The position numbers and the translations under genes were made by a program. Of a stretch of 64,000 nucleotides of DNA, positions 61,555-64,000 are shown piece after piece. Source of the DNA: Lama glama (lineage: Eukaryota); contig CM052828.1 in the NCBI GenBank assembly GCA_028534125.1, positions 9,114,001 through 9,178,000 on the forward strand, read 5' to 3'. The notes beneath the pieces were generated by a model that saw nothing but the letters and a program-made list of their open reading frames with translations, made no database searches and was not told the DNA's origin. Position 1 is the first letter of the stretch. Every line of letters begins with the position of its first letter.

Positions 61555-61876
61555 CAGAGATTGGCCAACTTTTTCTGCTAAGGGCCAGATAGTAACTATG
61601 TTAAGCTTTGCAGGCCATCTGGTCTCTCTCTTAACTATCTCCATCTATACAATTCCACCATTGCAGTATGAAGGCAGCCACAGACATATTGACCTGAAAC
61701 AGATTCCCAGATATTTCTCTGGCAAAGATGAGTTTATTTGGAATCAGCAGTTAACTGCAGTCTGGGGTCTGCCACTATGGCTAGTCAAGTACAAGTCCTC
61801 GCATGGACTTACATCACATTTCAAGTGCTCAATAGCCACATGTGGCTCGTGGTGGCCGTATTGGCCAATGAGGCTC
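61555..61876. mobile_element. Mosaic of a MER58A 5' part, an ERV1 LTR fragment and a MER3 fragment
   Basis: ggccagatagtaactatgttaagctttgcaggcca (MER58); ttgacctgaaacagattcccagatatttctc..gtttatt (LTR end, minus); catttcaagtgctcaatagccacatgtggct (MER3). Confidence 0.6.
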
Positions 61877-61964
61877 TAAAATACACACAGACAATTGCAC
61901 TCAAGAAATATTAATCAACAACGTAATAAGTGGTGAAACCCAATGAAAGGTTGCCTTTGCCTTG

Positions 61965-62720
61965 TTTCATTCATTCATTCATCTGTCTGATACCAGCTGA
62001 GCACCTAGGTCACAAGCAACTGCAGGAGGTAGAAGGAAAACTAATCCATAGTCCATGCCTTCAGGGAATTCAGAGTCAAGAAGGAGAAATCAGATAATCA
62101 ACAGATAAAAATAATGAGGATGGGGAAAGTTAAGAGTGCCACAAGAGAAGCACAGGTAGAGAAAACACCGTGGGACTTGAGCAGAGGGAGAGGCTCTTTC
62201 TAGCTGGAAGATCAAGAAATTTGGGGTCATTTAAACTGAAAAAAAAAGAAAAGAGAGATGGGTAGAGACTGGACTTGCAGAGTTATGGAGAAGGGCACTT
62301 GAGGCAGAGGAACCTTTGGGGCTTAAAATGAGTGAACAGGAGGAAGGTGAAAGGTCTGAAGGGTGGACAGTGGACAGTCATTACAGCTAATGAGCAAGGG
62401 ACAGATGCCATCTTCAGTTTAATCTAGCAATACTGTACATAGTTTGGAAGAAACACTGAGAGATGGTGAGGGACTTCTGTAATCATTGGGTGAGAGGTAC
62501 TGAAGTCATGAACTAGAAGAAGGAGAATGAAAATAAAAAGGACAGGAAGGCACAATAGATACTATTAGAAATTGAATTCACATGATTGGCAATTACGTGG
62601 AATAGAGAGAAAAGAATCTGAGATGCTGAGGTGGCCAGTGTGGTACGTGTGCATTAACAATAGCAAACAAAGGACATTTGGGAGGGAAGATGATGGCTTA
62701 GTTTGGGACATACTGAATTC
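61965..62720 (-). mobile_element. L2 LINE, antisense
   Basis: (ttca)n L2 tail followed by a purine-rich body ending tagtttgggacatactgaatt. Confidence 0.75.
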
Positions 62721-64000
62721 TACCAATAACTTTTTATTGGAGAAATAAATAAGTAAATCATAAAGTAAAGATCCTTGATTTACTTAAGCACACGCTCTGA
62801 GAGAAAATGAATTAGTGTCTAGGGAAGGTGATACTCTACCCTCTGCATCTGGAACCGTAGGCAAGCAGCCCCGTATCTCTGTGCATCACTGCACTGACCA
62901 CTACTTGTCATTTTCTGAGGTCAGCTCTATATTTGATTATCTGTGACTGTTGCTTTAAGTTCGATGAACATGAAATACATTAGCTAGAATACATTAGCAA
63001 TGCAACTGCTAACCTGAAAAAAAGGGAGAATTCAGCATTCTTATCCCGCATACATTTTCAGGGTCTGGTTCCAAATCACATGTAAGCAGCTTGAGGCTCA
63101 CCTCCCTGGAGAAAAGAGATGCTCACATCTGCCATGTTGCACAACCTCAGGGGATCAATTCACACCGTATAATATCCTACACTGTACACCAAGGATACAA
63201 TATGAACGGTCCTGCCTGGGGCTGTGCCACACTGCAATACTGAACAGCTTGCTGCTCTTCTCATTGGTATTATGTAATTGATGAGGTTGAGGGCAGGGAG
63301 CAGGAGGAATCATGTTACCCCTTGTTTTCCATTTTAGGCAAGACCAGGAACCTGGGTTTTCAGGTCCTTAAAGATCGCAGGGTTATTATCAAAGAAGTAA
63401 AAGAATTATCGTGCTATACATACATTCCAGCATTATTTTCAGAACAGGTGTTGCCACTATACTGATATTACTACTAACCGGGTTCTCTTCTTATCAGTAA
63501 AGCACAGCGTTGTCACTGCTGTCATGTTCTTTGGGGTAAGCACATCCCAGGTCAACCTGACCCTCCACCAAAAGGGCTTATATATCTAGAGAAAGTGAGG
63601 TGTCTGTATGGGAAAAGGAAGACTGTAAATCTTCATTACTCAATATAGGACAAGTAATTTTAGATCCCAAGATAACCCAACAATAGAGTGATGATGATGT
63701 TTGTTATCTTAGGCTGTTGCTGTGTGAATACTATTCATCATAAATTTAATCCTGGTATCTTGGGACTCTGGCAGAGTTCTAGGACTTCATTTCTTACTGT
63801 CTCCGTTACAGCTGTAAATCTCAAAATAAATACAATCATTACAAGGAAGCATCAGCAGCTGGGGTAATTAAACGCTACTTGCCTTCTGCCAGGCAGACGG
63901 AAATTAAGGACAATGTGTGCTCTTCATTACAAAATAATTCTTTACAGGTAATGTTCTACTTTAAAAATGTTGCTCCTTCTGCCAAAAGGAGCAACTTATC

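Overview
This is mammalian genomic DNA, most likely from a camelid. The evidence is a tRNA-Ala-derived Vic-1-type SINE, cetartiodactyl-type L1 3' ends, and no ruminant or pig SINEs. There are five assembly gaps. The only protein-coding gene supported is cyclin A1 (CCNA1) on the + strand. It has a CpG-island promoter at about 41.7-42.65 kb and eight coding exons with canonical GT-AG boundaries (43139-52285, 1266 nt, 421 aa), followed by AATAAA at 52478. A second CpG island at about 2.9-3.6 kb is inferred from synteny to be the promoter and non-coding first exon of SPART (SPG20) on the - strand, with its coding exons left of the window. The rest is intergenic or intronic DNA rich in L1, L2, MIR, LTR and hAT fossils. 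I found no convincing new multi-gene system. The most interesting observations are local: (1) a relic of the human CCNA1 N-terminal coding exon that lacks both its ATG and its GT donor; (2) an exon 5 acceptor that overlaps a strong 5' splice site (recursive-splice configuration); (3) paired RFX X-boxes plus a Y-box in the CCNA1 promoter; (4) an inverted templated copy of flanking DNA inside an old L1; (5) a tail-only retrotransposon insertion with a perfect 15-bp TSD in CCNA1 intron 2. Comparisons to human sequence and repeat family names come from recall and were not checked by search.
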